From an uncultured Planctomycetota bacterium (GTDB taxonomy: Bacteria > Planctomycetota > Phycisphaerae > Sedimentisphaerales > Anaerobacaceae): 64,000 nucleotides of DNA. Shown here piece by piece: positions 22,111 through 31,172 of this stretch. The notes beneath the pieces were generated by a model. That model saw only the letters and a program-made list of their open reading frames with translations, did no database searches and was not told the DNA's origin. The translations under genes and the position numbers were made by a program. The DNA lies in contig CAVVRJ010000016.1 of assembly GCA_963750205.1 (NCBI GenBank), positions 163,400 through 227,399 of the forward strand, in the 5' to 3' direction. How positions within the stretch are numbered: position 1 is the first letter of the stretch; each line of letters opens with the position of its first letter.

Positions 22111-22821
22111 TTGCCCCAGGAGGGTCAATCGCTGGAGGTTTGTACCATGCTTTCGGTTCGTGAGGCCGCAGAAGTACTGGGAATTTCCCAGAAGACCGTC
22201 TATCGCTGGATTCAAGACGGCCGGTTGCCGTCCCACCGTCTGGGGGGACAGCACTTCCTGGAACGGTCCGAGGTGAACAACCTGGTGATCCGGGAAGGGC
22301 TGCGTCCCCTGCCCGACACGGCGGACCAGACGGAGGACAACGAGGACATTTCCCTGCACGACATGCTCGTCAAGGGCGGGGTTTTCTATCGGATTAGTGG
22401 CTCGACCAAGAAAGATATCCTGCAAAATGCCCTGAACATGGTCAAGGGGGTGGATGAGAGCGTCTCGGGCCCCCTGTTCCAGATGTTCGTCGCGCGGGAG
22501 GAGCTGGCTTCCACGGGTATCGGGGACCACATCGCGATCCCCCACGCCCGGGGGTCGCTGGTCGGCTACATCAGCCAGCCGATTCTCTCGTTGTCATTCC
22601 TGGAGACGCCGATCGACTACGGCGCCCTGGATGGCAAGCCCGTATACGCCCTGTTCCTGCTGGTGTCACCCAACGTCCGCACACACCTGCGCATTCTGGC
22701 GCAGTTGTCGTTCTGTCTGCACGATCCGGAATTCAAGCAAGCGGTCTTAAGCCAAGCCTCACGGGAGGCGATTCTAAGTACTCTCGCGCAGACGGAAGCC
22801 CGTCTGCGCCGAGATTCATGA
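22111..22821 (+). CDS. HTH (excisionase/MerR-like) - PTS EIIA type-2 (EIIA-Ntr/PtsN-like) fusion regulator
   Basis: N-terminus LSVREAAEVLGISQKTVYRWIQDGRLPSHRLGGQHF (HTH_17). The C-terminal EIIA-2 domain carries the phospho-His motif GDHIAIPHARG. RBS GGAGG at 22134; likely start ATG at 22147. Stop overlaps the next start (ATGA). Confidence 0.7.
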   Translation: MPQEGQSLEVCTMLSVREAAEVLGISQKTVYRWIQDGRLPSHRLGGQHFLERSEVNNLVIREGLRPLPDTADQTEDNEDISLHDMLVKGGVFYRISGSTKKDILQNALNMVKGVDESVSGPLFQMFVAREELASTGIGDHIAIPHARGSLVGYISQPILSLSFLETPIDYGALDGKPVYALFLLVSPNVRTHLRILAQLSFCLHDPEFKQAVLSQASREAILSTLAQTEARLRRDS

Positions 22822-24845
22822 AAGACCGCGGCATGGAAGTATTCATCCTGGGTTGCCTCATTCCGATTGTGCTGGGCGCCGGCGTTCTTGGCATCGGTCG
22901 TTCCAAGGCCGCCCCGTGGATCGCTGCCTTCGGCGTTTGGCTGGGCTGTGGGATCGTGGCGGTCCCAGTCATCGCGGCGTTCGCTGGGAGTGTCCCGGCG
23001 CCGCTGCGGGCCGCCTGGAACGTTCCCGGCGGATCGCTCACCTTCGCACTGGACGGGCTTTCGGCTTTCTTCTGCCTGCCGATTCTGGTCGTGTCACCGC
23101 TGGCGGCGCTCTACGGCTGCCAATACCTGGCTCACGAGAAGAAGCCTCTGGGGCCGGCGTCGCTCTTTTATAACGTGCTGACAGCCAGCATGCTCCTGCT
23201 CCTGGTCGCCCGCAATGGCCTGCTGTTTCTGGTCATTTGGGAGGTCATGGCGATCAGCTCGTTCTTCCTTGTCGTTTTCGACGATGAGCACGCCCACGTG
23301 CGTCAGGCGGGCTGGACCTACCTGATCGCCGCTCACGTTGGGACAGGGGCCCTGCTGGTGATGTTCGCTCTCTTGGGCGGGCAGGCGCACTCGCTGGATT
23401 TCGATCTGATGGCGAAGGCCGCCTTGTCCCCCACGATGGCCACCATCCTCTTCATCCTGGCCGTGATCGGGTTCGGCACAAAGGCCGGCTTCATCCCGCT
23501 GCACGTTTGGCTGCCGGAAGCGCATCCGGCCGCTCCGAGCCATGTCTCGGCGCTGATGTCCGGTGTGATGATCAAAACAGGCATCTATGGCCTGTTACGC
23601 ATCGTGACGATGCTGGGCCACCCCTCGGCGGCCTGGGGTTGGACGCTGGTAATTATCGGACTGGTCTCGGGCATCCTCGGCGTGGCCTTTGCCCTGGCCC
23701 AGCACGACCTCAAGCGGCTCTTAGCCTATCATAGCGTCGAGAACATCGGCATCATTGCCTTGGGCATTGGTGCAGGTCTCCTGGGAATCAGTTGGAACCA
23801 GCCTGCGCTGGCGGTGCTCGGCTTCGGAGGCGGCATCCTCCACGTGCTCAATCACGCGGTCTTCAAGAGCCTGCTCTTCCTCGGGGCGGGCGCGGTGGTC
23901 CACAGCACCGGCACGCGGGACATCGACCACCTCGGCGGCCTGATCAAGTCGATGCGCTGGACCGCCGTAACGTTCGTCATTGCCTCTGCGGCCATCTCCG
24001 GATTGCCCCCGTTCAACGGATTCATCAGCGAGTTCCTCATCTACGTCGCCGCTTTCACCGGCGTGCAGGCCGGAGCCGCCGGGACAGTAATCCTGGCCAT
24101 CGTGATCGGGGCCGGCCTGGCAATGATCGGCGGTCTGGCCGCGGCCTGCTTCGCCAAAGCGTTCGGCATCGTCTTCCTCGGCGAGCCGCGCAGCTCGCAT
24201 GCGACCCACGCCGAGGAGGTAGGAGCTGCGATGCGATGGCCCATGGCCGTACTCGCCGCGGCCTGCCTCGGCATTGGCCTGTTCGCCCCGGCCGTGGTGA
24301 AGATCGTTCTCCCCGCGGTCCGCGTCGTTTGTAGTGTGCCCCTAAGGGCATTTGAAGAAACGCCTGACGGCGTCACTACGGACGCGCCTGTGGCAACGGC
24401 CCTGGGGAGCTTGACCAGTATCGTGCATGTATCTGCTGCGTTGCTCTTGCTGGCGCTTGGGCTCCTGCTCGTCCGCCGCTATCTGCCGCGTGGCAAAGAG
24501 GAGACGGCCACGGGAACCTGGGACTGCGGCTACGCCCGGCCGACGCCGCGCATGCAATACACCGCCTCGTCCTTCGCACAACCCCTGACAGATCTGTTCC
24601 AGATCTTCCTGGGGACGCGCAAGCACGGCGCTGCCCTGAGCGGCTTCTTTCCGCCGCGGACGACGTTCGAGACCCACACACCGGATGCGGCCCGCGAGTA
24701 TCTGTTCGCCCCGCTGTTCAAGCTGATCGACCGGGCACTGTCCCCGATCCGCCGGATGCAGCATGGACGCATTCACGAGTACCTGCTCTATATTGCCCTG
24801 GTCCTGATACTGCTGCTCATCTGGAAGGCGGGAGGGCGATCATGA
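22818..24845 (+). CDS. NuoL/HyfB-like proton-translocating antiporter-type membrane subunit (EhrA/HyfB-like)
   Basis: A 675-aa polytopic protein with MrpA/NuoL signatures (GWTYLIAAHVGTGALLV..., HSVENIGIIALGIG). Confidence 0.7.
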   Translation: MKDRGMEVFILGCLIPIVLGAGVLGIGRSKAAPWIAAFGVWLGCGIVAVPVIAAFAGSVPAPLRAAWNVPGGSLTFALDGLSAFFCLPILVVSPLAALYGCQYLAHEKKPLGPASLFYNVLTASMLLLLVARNGLLFLVIWEVMAISSFFLVVFDDEHAHVRQAGWTYLIAAHVGTGALLVMFALLGGQAHSLDFDLMAKAALSPTMATILFILAVIGFGTKAGFIPLHVWLPEAHPAAPSHVSALMSGVMIKTGIYGLLRIVTMLGHPSAAWGWTLVIIGLVSGILGVAFALAQHDLKRLLAYHSVENIGIIALGIGAGLLGISWNQPALAVLGFGGGILHVLNHAVFKSLLFLGAGAVVHSTGTRDIDHLGGLIKSMRWTAVTFVIASAAISGLPPFNGFISEFLIYVAAFTGVQAGAAGTVILAIVIGAGLAMIGGLAAACFAKAFGIVFLGEPRSSHATHAEEVGAAMRWPMAVLAAACLGIGLFAPAVVKIVLPAVRVVCSVPLRAFEETPDGVTTDAPVATALGSLTSIVHVSAALLLLALGLLLVRRYLPRGKEETATGTWDCGYARPTPRMQYTASSFAQPLTDLFQIFLGTRKHGAALSGFFPPRTTFETHTPDAAREYLFAPLFKLIDRALSPIRRMQHGRIHEYLLYIALVLILLLIWKAGGRS

Positions 24846-25756
24846 ACGCGATGCGCTGGGCACTGCCGTTGACCGCCTGGGTTCTCGCGCCCCTGATGCT
24901 CGGCGATCATCAACCGGGTGAAGTCGTTCTTCGCCGGCCGCCGTGGCCCTTCCGTGTGGCAGCTCTACTACGATCTCTTCAAGCTGCTGCAAAAGGGCTC
25001 AGTCTACAGCCGCTCGACGAGCACCGTGATTCGCCTCGGCCCGTCGGTGGTGCTGGCGTGCATGGTCCTGGGCACAACGATGCTGCCCTGGGGCGAATTG
25101 CAGGCTCCTGTGACGTTCCTCGGGGACATCATTCTGTTGGCCTATCTCCTGGGCCTGGCCCGTTTCGTCACCGTGCTGTCGGCCCTCGACACGGGATCGA
25201 GCTTCGAGGGCATGGGCGCCAGCCGCGAGGTCCAATTCGCGGCCTTGGCCGAGCCGTCGTTCTTCCTGGGGATGCTGGTCCTGGTGCTCCATTTCGGGTT
25301 CTCGGGCCTGTCGAAAATGGTCTCGGAGATCTCGTTCGAGACCTGGCAGACCTCCGGCGTGCTCCTGATTCTGGTCGGCTGCTCCTGGTTCGTCCTGCTG
25401 CTGACGGAGAACTCGCGCATCCCGGTTGACGATCCCAACACGCACCTGGAGCTGACGATGATCCACGAGGTCATGGTGCTCGACTACGGCGGGCCGGACC
25501 TCGCGTTCATCCTGTACGCCGCATCGTTGAAAATGTGGATCTTCGCCGCCCTGGTCGTGAATCTCGTGGTCCCCATGCACTCCCTGACGCCCTGGCTGCA
25601 GCGCCGATCTTCCTGCTGGGCATGGTCTTCGTCATGGCCCTGGTGGGCGTCGTGGAGTCCATCTTGGCCCGGCTGCGACTGAACCAGATTCCGAAAATCC
25701 TGATCGGCTCGGCGCTGCTGAGCTTGGTCGCCTTGATCGTTCGTTTGATGGGTTAG
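24842..25756 (+). CDS. NuoH/HycD-like membrane subunit (two apparent frameshifts)
   Basis: KSFFAGRRGPSVWQLYYDLFKLLQKGSVYS matches the HycD/HyfC N-terminal signature. Frames 24842, 24918..25682 and 25535..25756 are colinear. Confidence 0.6.
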
Positions 25757-25762
25757 CCAACG

Positions 25763-26437
25763 ATGACTGTTATTTCCGTCCTGCTCATCCTCTCGTGTCT
25801 ATGGCTGCTGGCGTCCAGCCGCCTGCACGTCGCGATCCGCGTGGTGGCGATCCAGGGCGTGCTGCTGGGCGTGCTTCCGATCGTCCGGTCGATGGGGGAC
25901 ATCGGCCTGGGCGTCGGGCTTCTGGGGCTGACCACGATCATCTCCAAGAGCATCCTGCTGCCGTGGCTGATGAATACGTGTTTGCGGCTTTCGGGGCTGC
26001 GGCGGGAGATCGAGCCCTTCATCGGTTTTGGCCCTTCGCTGCTCTGCGGCACGGCCCTGCTCGGGCTGGCCGTCTGGATCACCGACCGCCTGCAACTGAC
26101 CCAGGCCCAGGCCCCGCTCGTCCTGCTGACCAGTTCCTTCTTCGCGATGCTCGTGGGCCTCTTTCTCATGGTCACCCGACGCAAGGCCATCACCCAATCC
26201 CTGGCCTACTTGGTCATGGAAAACGGCGTTTACGGCGTCGGCGTCAGCCTGAGCCTGGACTTCCCGTTCATCGTGGAGCTCGGCATCCTGCTGGACGTCT
26301 TTGTGGGCGTGTTCCTCATGGGCAACCTCCTGTTCCATCTGGATCGAGAGTTCGAGCATCTCGACACGGATAAGATGACCGAGTTGTCCGATCTCTCGAA
26401 GCCGGCCGCGGCGGCACCGCTGGAGGAGAAGGCATGA
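25763..26437 (+). CDS. HyfE-like small membrane subunit
   Basis: A 224-aa polytopic protein in an operon position equivalent to HyfE. Confidence 0.5.
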   Translation: MTVISVLLILSCLWLLASSRLHVAIRVVAIQGVLLGVLPIVRSMGDIGLGVGLLGLTTIISKSILLPWLMNTCLRLSGLRREIEPFIGFGPSLLCGTALLGLAVWITDRLQLTQAQAPLVLLTSSFFAMLVGLFLMVTRRKAITQSLAYLVMENGVYGVGVSLSLDFPFIVELGILLDVFVGVFLMGNLLFHLDREFEHLDTDKMTELSDLSKPAAAAPLEEKA

Positions 26438-27901
26438 TGCTTCTGCTGCTGACGATCCTGCTGCCGGCAGCCGCAGGGACGGCCTCGTATTTCATTCGCC
26501 CCCACCATTGGCGGCGTTTTCTTTGGGGGGCTGTCGCCGCGGCGCATTTCACGCTGGCCGTCACGGCGGCGCTGACGATCACCGCCCCGCCGCTGGACCA
26601 TTGGATCGGCATGGATGCGCTCAGCGCGATCTTTCTCGTGTTGACGAGTCTGCTTTTCCTGGGGGCCACCGTGTACGGGATCGGCTACGTGGCCCGCGAG
26701 CCCGTGGCCGGGCAGACGGACTCCGAAGACGGCAGCCTCTTCAAGAACGAGCCCGAATCCGTCTTCACCGGCGCCCTGCTCCTGCTGCTGGCCGCCATGA
26801 CGCTGGCCATCCTGAGCCGGCATCTGGCCCTGCAGTGGGTGGCGATCGAAGCCACGACACTGGCCAGCGCCCCGCTGATCTACTATCACCAGAACCGCCG
26901 GTCGCTGGAGGCCGCCTGGAAGTACCTGATGCTGTGCTCGGTCGGCATCGCCATCGCCCTGCTGGGGATCTTTTTCCTCCGCATGACGATCCAGGACGGT
27001 CCTCACGACCTGACCCTGACCGCCCTGCTGGAGCGGGCCGGCACGCTGAACCACAAGTGGCTCGGCACGGCCTTCATCTGCATGCTGGTCGGCTACGGCA
27101 CCAAGATGGGCTTGGCCCCGCTGCACACGTGGCTGCCCGACGCCCATAGCGAAGCGCCGTCGCCGGTCTCGGCGCTGCTCTCCGGGGCCCTGCTCAATTG
27201 CGCTTTTCTCGGTATCCTTCGCGTGCAACAGGTTTGTGCGGCGGCGGGCATGGCCTCCTTCGGCGGCGACCTGCTGATCCTGTTCGGCCTGCTGTCGATG
27301 GGACTGGCCGGCGGCGTTCATCCTCCGCCAAACCGACTACAAACGCATGCTGGCGTACTCCAGCGTGGAGCACATGGGCATTCTGGCGCTGGGTGTCGGC
27401 CTGGGCGGGCTGGGGCTCTTCGGCTCGTTCCTGCACGCGGTCAATCATTCCGTCGTCAAGGCGATGCTGTTCTTCACGGCGGGCAACATCCTGTCCCGCT
27501 TCCATACCAAGGACACGACGAAGATTCAGGGAGCGTGTGACGCCCTGCCGATTTCCGGGGCCTTGTGGATCGCGGGATTCCTGGCCGTGACGGGATCGCC
27601 TCCCTTCGGGACATTCATCAGCGAGTTTACGATCTTGCGGGCGACCCTCGACCAGGGCCGGTGGGTGATCGCCGTGCTTTACGTGCTGTTTCTGCTGCTG
27701 GCGTTCGCCGGGATGTCGGGGATCGTGCTGCGGATGGCGCTGGGCAAATCCGAGGTGAACCGGGTCCGCGAGCCGGTCACGGCGGTCCTGCCGCCCATCG
27801 TCTTGGCGGTGCTGGCGCTGCTGCTGGGCGTGTATCTGCCCGGCCCGCTGGCGGACCGGCTGCACGAGGCCGCCCAACTGCTGGGAGGGATGGCGAAATG
27901 A
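26434..27901 (+). CDS. NuoN/HyfF-like antiporter-type membrane subunit (one apparent frameshift near 27320)
   Basis: ORF 26434..27540 (WLPDAHSEAPSPVSALLSGALLNCAF) continues in ORF 27347..27901 (MLAYSSVEHMGILALG...HAVNHSVVKAMLFFTAG). Confidence 0.6.
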
Positions 27902-29414
27902 TCACACTGCCGCAACTCCATAACGGCCAGGCCCTGCCTTTGAAGGACATTCCGGAACTCGCCGTGCCGGACTTTCGCGGCCTGATTCTGGAGCGGGTCC
28001 GCCGGGGCAGGCGGATTTCGTCGCTCTTCGGCATGCCGGACGGCGACCAGATCATGATTCTGGCGGTGCTGGCCCATGACAGCCAGGGCATGCTGGAACT
28101 GTGCCGCACGCGGGTCCGCGACCGGTATCCGGCCCTGACCCCCGATGTCCCCCAGGCCCACTGGTTCGAGCGGGAAATCGCCGAGCAGTGGGGCATCGTG
28201 CCGGAGGGACACCCGTGGCTCAAGCCCATCCGGTTCCACACTTCCTATGTCCCGAATCGCGATGCGTGGAGCCGGGACAAGGCGATGCCGATCGAGCCGT
28301 GGCGTCACCAACTACTTCCGCGTCGAGGGCGAGGAGATTCACGAGGTCGCGGTCGGTCCCGTGCACGCCGGCATCATCGAGCCGGGCCATTTCCGCTTCC
28401 AATGCCACGGCGAGAACGTCCTGCACCTGGAGATCGAGCTCGGCTACCAGCACCGGGGCATCGAGCGGGCCCTGGTCGGCGGCCCCGGCCCGCGCACGAT
28501 CCACTACATGGAGACGCTGGCCGGCGACACCACGATCGGGCACGCCACGGCCTACGCTTCGATCCTGGAGGCCCTCGGCGATGTGACGCCTTCGCCGCGG
28601 GCCCAGGCGATTCGCGCCATCGCGCTGGAACTGGAGCGACTGGCGAACCACACCGGCGATCTGGGCGCTCTTGGCCGGCGACATCGGGTTTCTGCCCACC
28701 GCCTCCTACTGCGGCCGGTTGCGGGGCGATTTTCTCAATATCACCGCCCTGCTGTGCGGCAATCGCTTCGGCCGCAACCTCATCCGTCCCGGCGGCGTGC
28801 GGTTCGATCCGACGCCGCAAACCGCGGACGATCTCTTGACCCGCCTGCAGACGACCTTCGAGTCCGTGCAGAACGCCGTGGATTTGCTGTGGGAGACGCC
28901 GTCGGTCATGTCGCGATTCGACGGGACCGGGACCGTTTCCCGGCAGGATGCCGCCCGGCTCGGCCTCGTCGGACCGGCGGCCCGCGCCGCCGGCGTCGAG
29001 CGTGATGTCCGCAGCGACCTGCCCTGGGGCATCTACCAGTCGCACGAGTTGCCCTCGGTCACGCTGCAAACGGGCGATGTCGCCGCCCGGGCGTACGTGC
29101 GCTGGTTCGAGATGCAAAAGTCCGTCGAGTTCATCAGCGACGTGACCCGCGCCTTGCCGGCGGGACCCGTTTTGCAGGAGGTCCCCCCGCCGGCGCAAGA
29201 GCATCTGGCGGTCGCTCTGGTGGAAGGGTGGCGGGGAGAAATCTGCCACGTTGCCGTGACCAACGAGCACGGCCGGCTGCGGCATTACAAAGTTACGGAT
29301 CCGTCGTTCCACAACTGGTTCGGATTGGCGCTGGCCCTCCGCCGCCAGCAGATCTCCGATTTCCCGTTGTGCAACAAGAGCTTCAACCTGTCCTATTGTG
29401 GACATGATCTGTAG
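27898..29414 (+). CDS. group-4 [NiFe]-hydrogenase large-subunit-like / NuoCD-like catalytic subunit, apparently lacking the N-terminal Ni-ligating CxxC (two apparent frameshifts)
   Basis: Three colinear frames (27898.., 28145..29005, 28671..29414). Motifs: GPVHAGIIEPGHFRFQCHGENVLHLEIELGYQHRGIE (GPxHP...GYxHRGxEK). Where HycE/EchE have ERxCGxCxxAHSTAY this protein has ETLAGDTTIGHATAY. The C-terminus FPLCNKSFNLSYCGHDL does not match DPCxxCxxR. Confidence 0.6.
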
Positions 29415-29417
29415 AAA

Positions 29418-29495
29418 GAATGGAATATTGGAAAGCTGAAAACGTTGGGATGACAGGGCGACCTGCCCAGTATTCCATGATTCCACTATTCCCTT
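29418..29495. promoter_or_regulatory. intergenic inverted array of TGGAAT (x2) ... ATTCCA (x3) hexamers between the large-subunit-like gene and the Fd/small-subunit gene
   Basis: agaaTGGAATATTGGAAag...cagTATTCCATgATTCCActATTCCC within an AT-rich 110-nt gap. Confidence 0.45.
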
Positions 29496-29523
29496 ATTAC
29501 AATTTACCTTAGAGGTTTGCGTC

Positions 29524-30564
29524 ATGTTGAGAATACTGCGGGCCAGGCTCAAACAGGGGTACCGCACGATCCGGTTTCCGGACCAGCCGCCGGTCCTGCC
29601 GGAGCAGTACCGGGGCCGGCCCCAGTGGGACGCCGGCAAGTGCACGGGCGACTGCACGGCCTGTGTTCAGGCCTGCCCTACCGGAGCCCTGAGCAAATCG
29701 AACGGTGCCGTGACCATCGACTTGGGCCGGTGCCTGTTCTGCACGGATTGCACGGACGCCTGCCCGACCCAGGCCATCCAGTTCACCGCGGAGTATCGTC
29801 TGGCGACCCGCACCCGCGAGGCGTTGCTCGTGGACCATCGTCCTTACGCACTGGCCCAGGCCTTGGACGAGAAAGCCCGCAAGCTCTTCGGCCGCTCGCT
29901 CAAGCTGCGTCAAGTCAGTGCCGGCGGCTGCAACGCCTGCGAAGCGGACACCAACGTGCTCAACACCGTCGGATTCGATCTGGGCCGCTTCGGCATCCAG
30001 TTCGTGGCTTCGCCGCGCCATGCGGACGGTCTCCTCGTAACCGGCCCGGTCCCGAAGAACATGGAGCTGGCCCTCAAAAAGACCTACGATGCCACGCCCG
30101 CCCCCCGGCTCGTGATTGTGGTCGGCGCCTGTGCGATTTCGGGCGGCGTCTTCGCCGGCCATCCGGAAGTGAACAACGGGGCCACGTCGATCGTCCCCGT
30201 GGACCTCTTCATCCCCGGCTGCCCACCCCACCCCATCACCATCCTCGACGGCCTGCTCCGCCTGCTCGGCCGGATTGAATGGACGTCGCCAACAACCCGC
30301 GTTTGTAGCGTAGCCCAGTACATGGGCATGTCAAGAAACGCATGGAACGGACAGTCACTGCAAGACACCTGCGTTTCGAAATGTCATCTTGCTGTGGTCT
30401 GCCTCGGTGAATTTGCCGTAATAGAACTCGGCTTTCAGGCCCAGATGAGAAAGAAGGCGATCGAATACCGCCGCGATCCGGTCCATATCTACACCCGGGC
30501 GATCTCGGAGCTCCGATGCGGGTCCGTCAGAAAGCCGGGAATCTTCTCCGCGAGCAGCCGGTAG
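29524..30564 (+). CDS. fused 2x[4Fe-4S] ferredoxin (HycF-like) + NuoB/hydrogenase-small-subunit-like (HycG-like) protein
   Basis: CTGDCTACVQACP and CLFCTDCTDACP clusters, then GGCNACEAD...VGACAISGG...IPGCPP (NuoB/HycG N2-cluster cysteines). The last 90 aa or so are non-homologous and overlap a convergent gene, so the true stop is probably near 30290. Confidence 0.6.
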   Translation: MLRILRARLKQGYRTIRFPDQPPVLPEQYRGRPQWDAGKCTGDCTACVQACPTGALSKSNGAVTIDLGRCLFCTDCTDACPTQAIQFTAEYRLATRTREALLVDHRPYALAQALDEKARKLFGRSLKLRQVSAGGCNACEADTNVLNTVGFDLGRFGIQFVASPRHADGLLVTGPVPKNMELALKKTYDATPAPRLVIVVGACAISGGVFAGHPEVNNGATSIVPVDLFIPGCPPHPITILDGLLRLLGRIEWTSPTTRVCSVAQYMGMSRNAWNGQSLQDTCVSKCHLAVVCLGEFAVIELGFQAQMRKKAIEYRRDPVHIYTRAISELRCGSVRKPGIFSASSR

Positions 30565-30868
30565 TAGATGCAGTCCTCGTGGTTGATCAGCACGGCCCGC
30601 TGACCGAGGGAAAGGCCCGGTGGATCAGCTCGAGCCGGTCCTTCATGAACTTGAATTCCTTGGGCAACCTCTCGGGATAGGCCAGCGCCCCCGCCCCGCC
30701 CCCTACGACCGTAGGAATGTACTGCCCCTTGGCCAAGCCCAGCTCGTTCTCGATGAACGGGACGAACGCCGTCTGAAGCCGGGGGTCGCCACAGTAGACC
30801 ACGGCCGCCTCCGGGTGGACATGCGGCAGCGCCTCGTACACGTTCGTGTTCCCTCCCGACTCGGACAT
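30489..30868 (-). CDS. hypothetical protein (about 126 aa, one apparent frameshift near 30610)
   Basis: MSESGGNTNVYEALPHVHPEAAVVYCGDPRLQTAFVPFIENELGLAKGQYIPTVVGGGAGAL... continues in another frame as GQRAVLINHEDCIYYRLLAEKIPGFLTDPHRSSEIARV. No family recognised. Confidence 0.3.
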
Positions 30869-31048
30869 AGCCCGGCCCTTTCAGGAGCCCGTCTGTCTCA
30901 TCGTCGTTATCTGGGTGGCCGCCAAGCCGGAAGGTCTTGGCGATGGCCTCTGCTTCGTGGCGACGGCGTCGGCCCTTGCGTCGCGAGGCCATCTTGGCCT
31001 CGCCTTATCCGCCTGTGGCATGTTTACCGCCCGAACAGCAAGGGCCAG

Positions 31049-31084
31049 GGTCCCCAAACGCAATCAGTTCGCGTTTGGGAACCC
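31049..31084. repeat. palindromic REP-like element, family CCCAAACGCG-N6-8-CGCGTTTGGG (copy 1, intergenic between convergent genes)
   Basis: ggtccccaaacgcaatcagttcgcgtttgggaaccc forms a perfect 9-bp stem. Confidence 0.7.
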
Positions 31085-31172
31085 ACGATGCCTTCGCCAC
31101 GAAGGAGCCGTCAGGCTTTCTTGCCGTCAAAAGGAGAGGCGGATTCTTCTTCAACAGGCGGCCGGGGCGACT

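Noticed and set aside
26230-27321. 363-aa minus-strand ORF and 25799..26359 / 26508..27149 alternative-frame ORFs
   Set aside because: These are shadows of the hyfE/hyfF-like membrane-subunit genes. Their composition is Arg/Gly/Asp-rich and not membrane-like.
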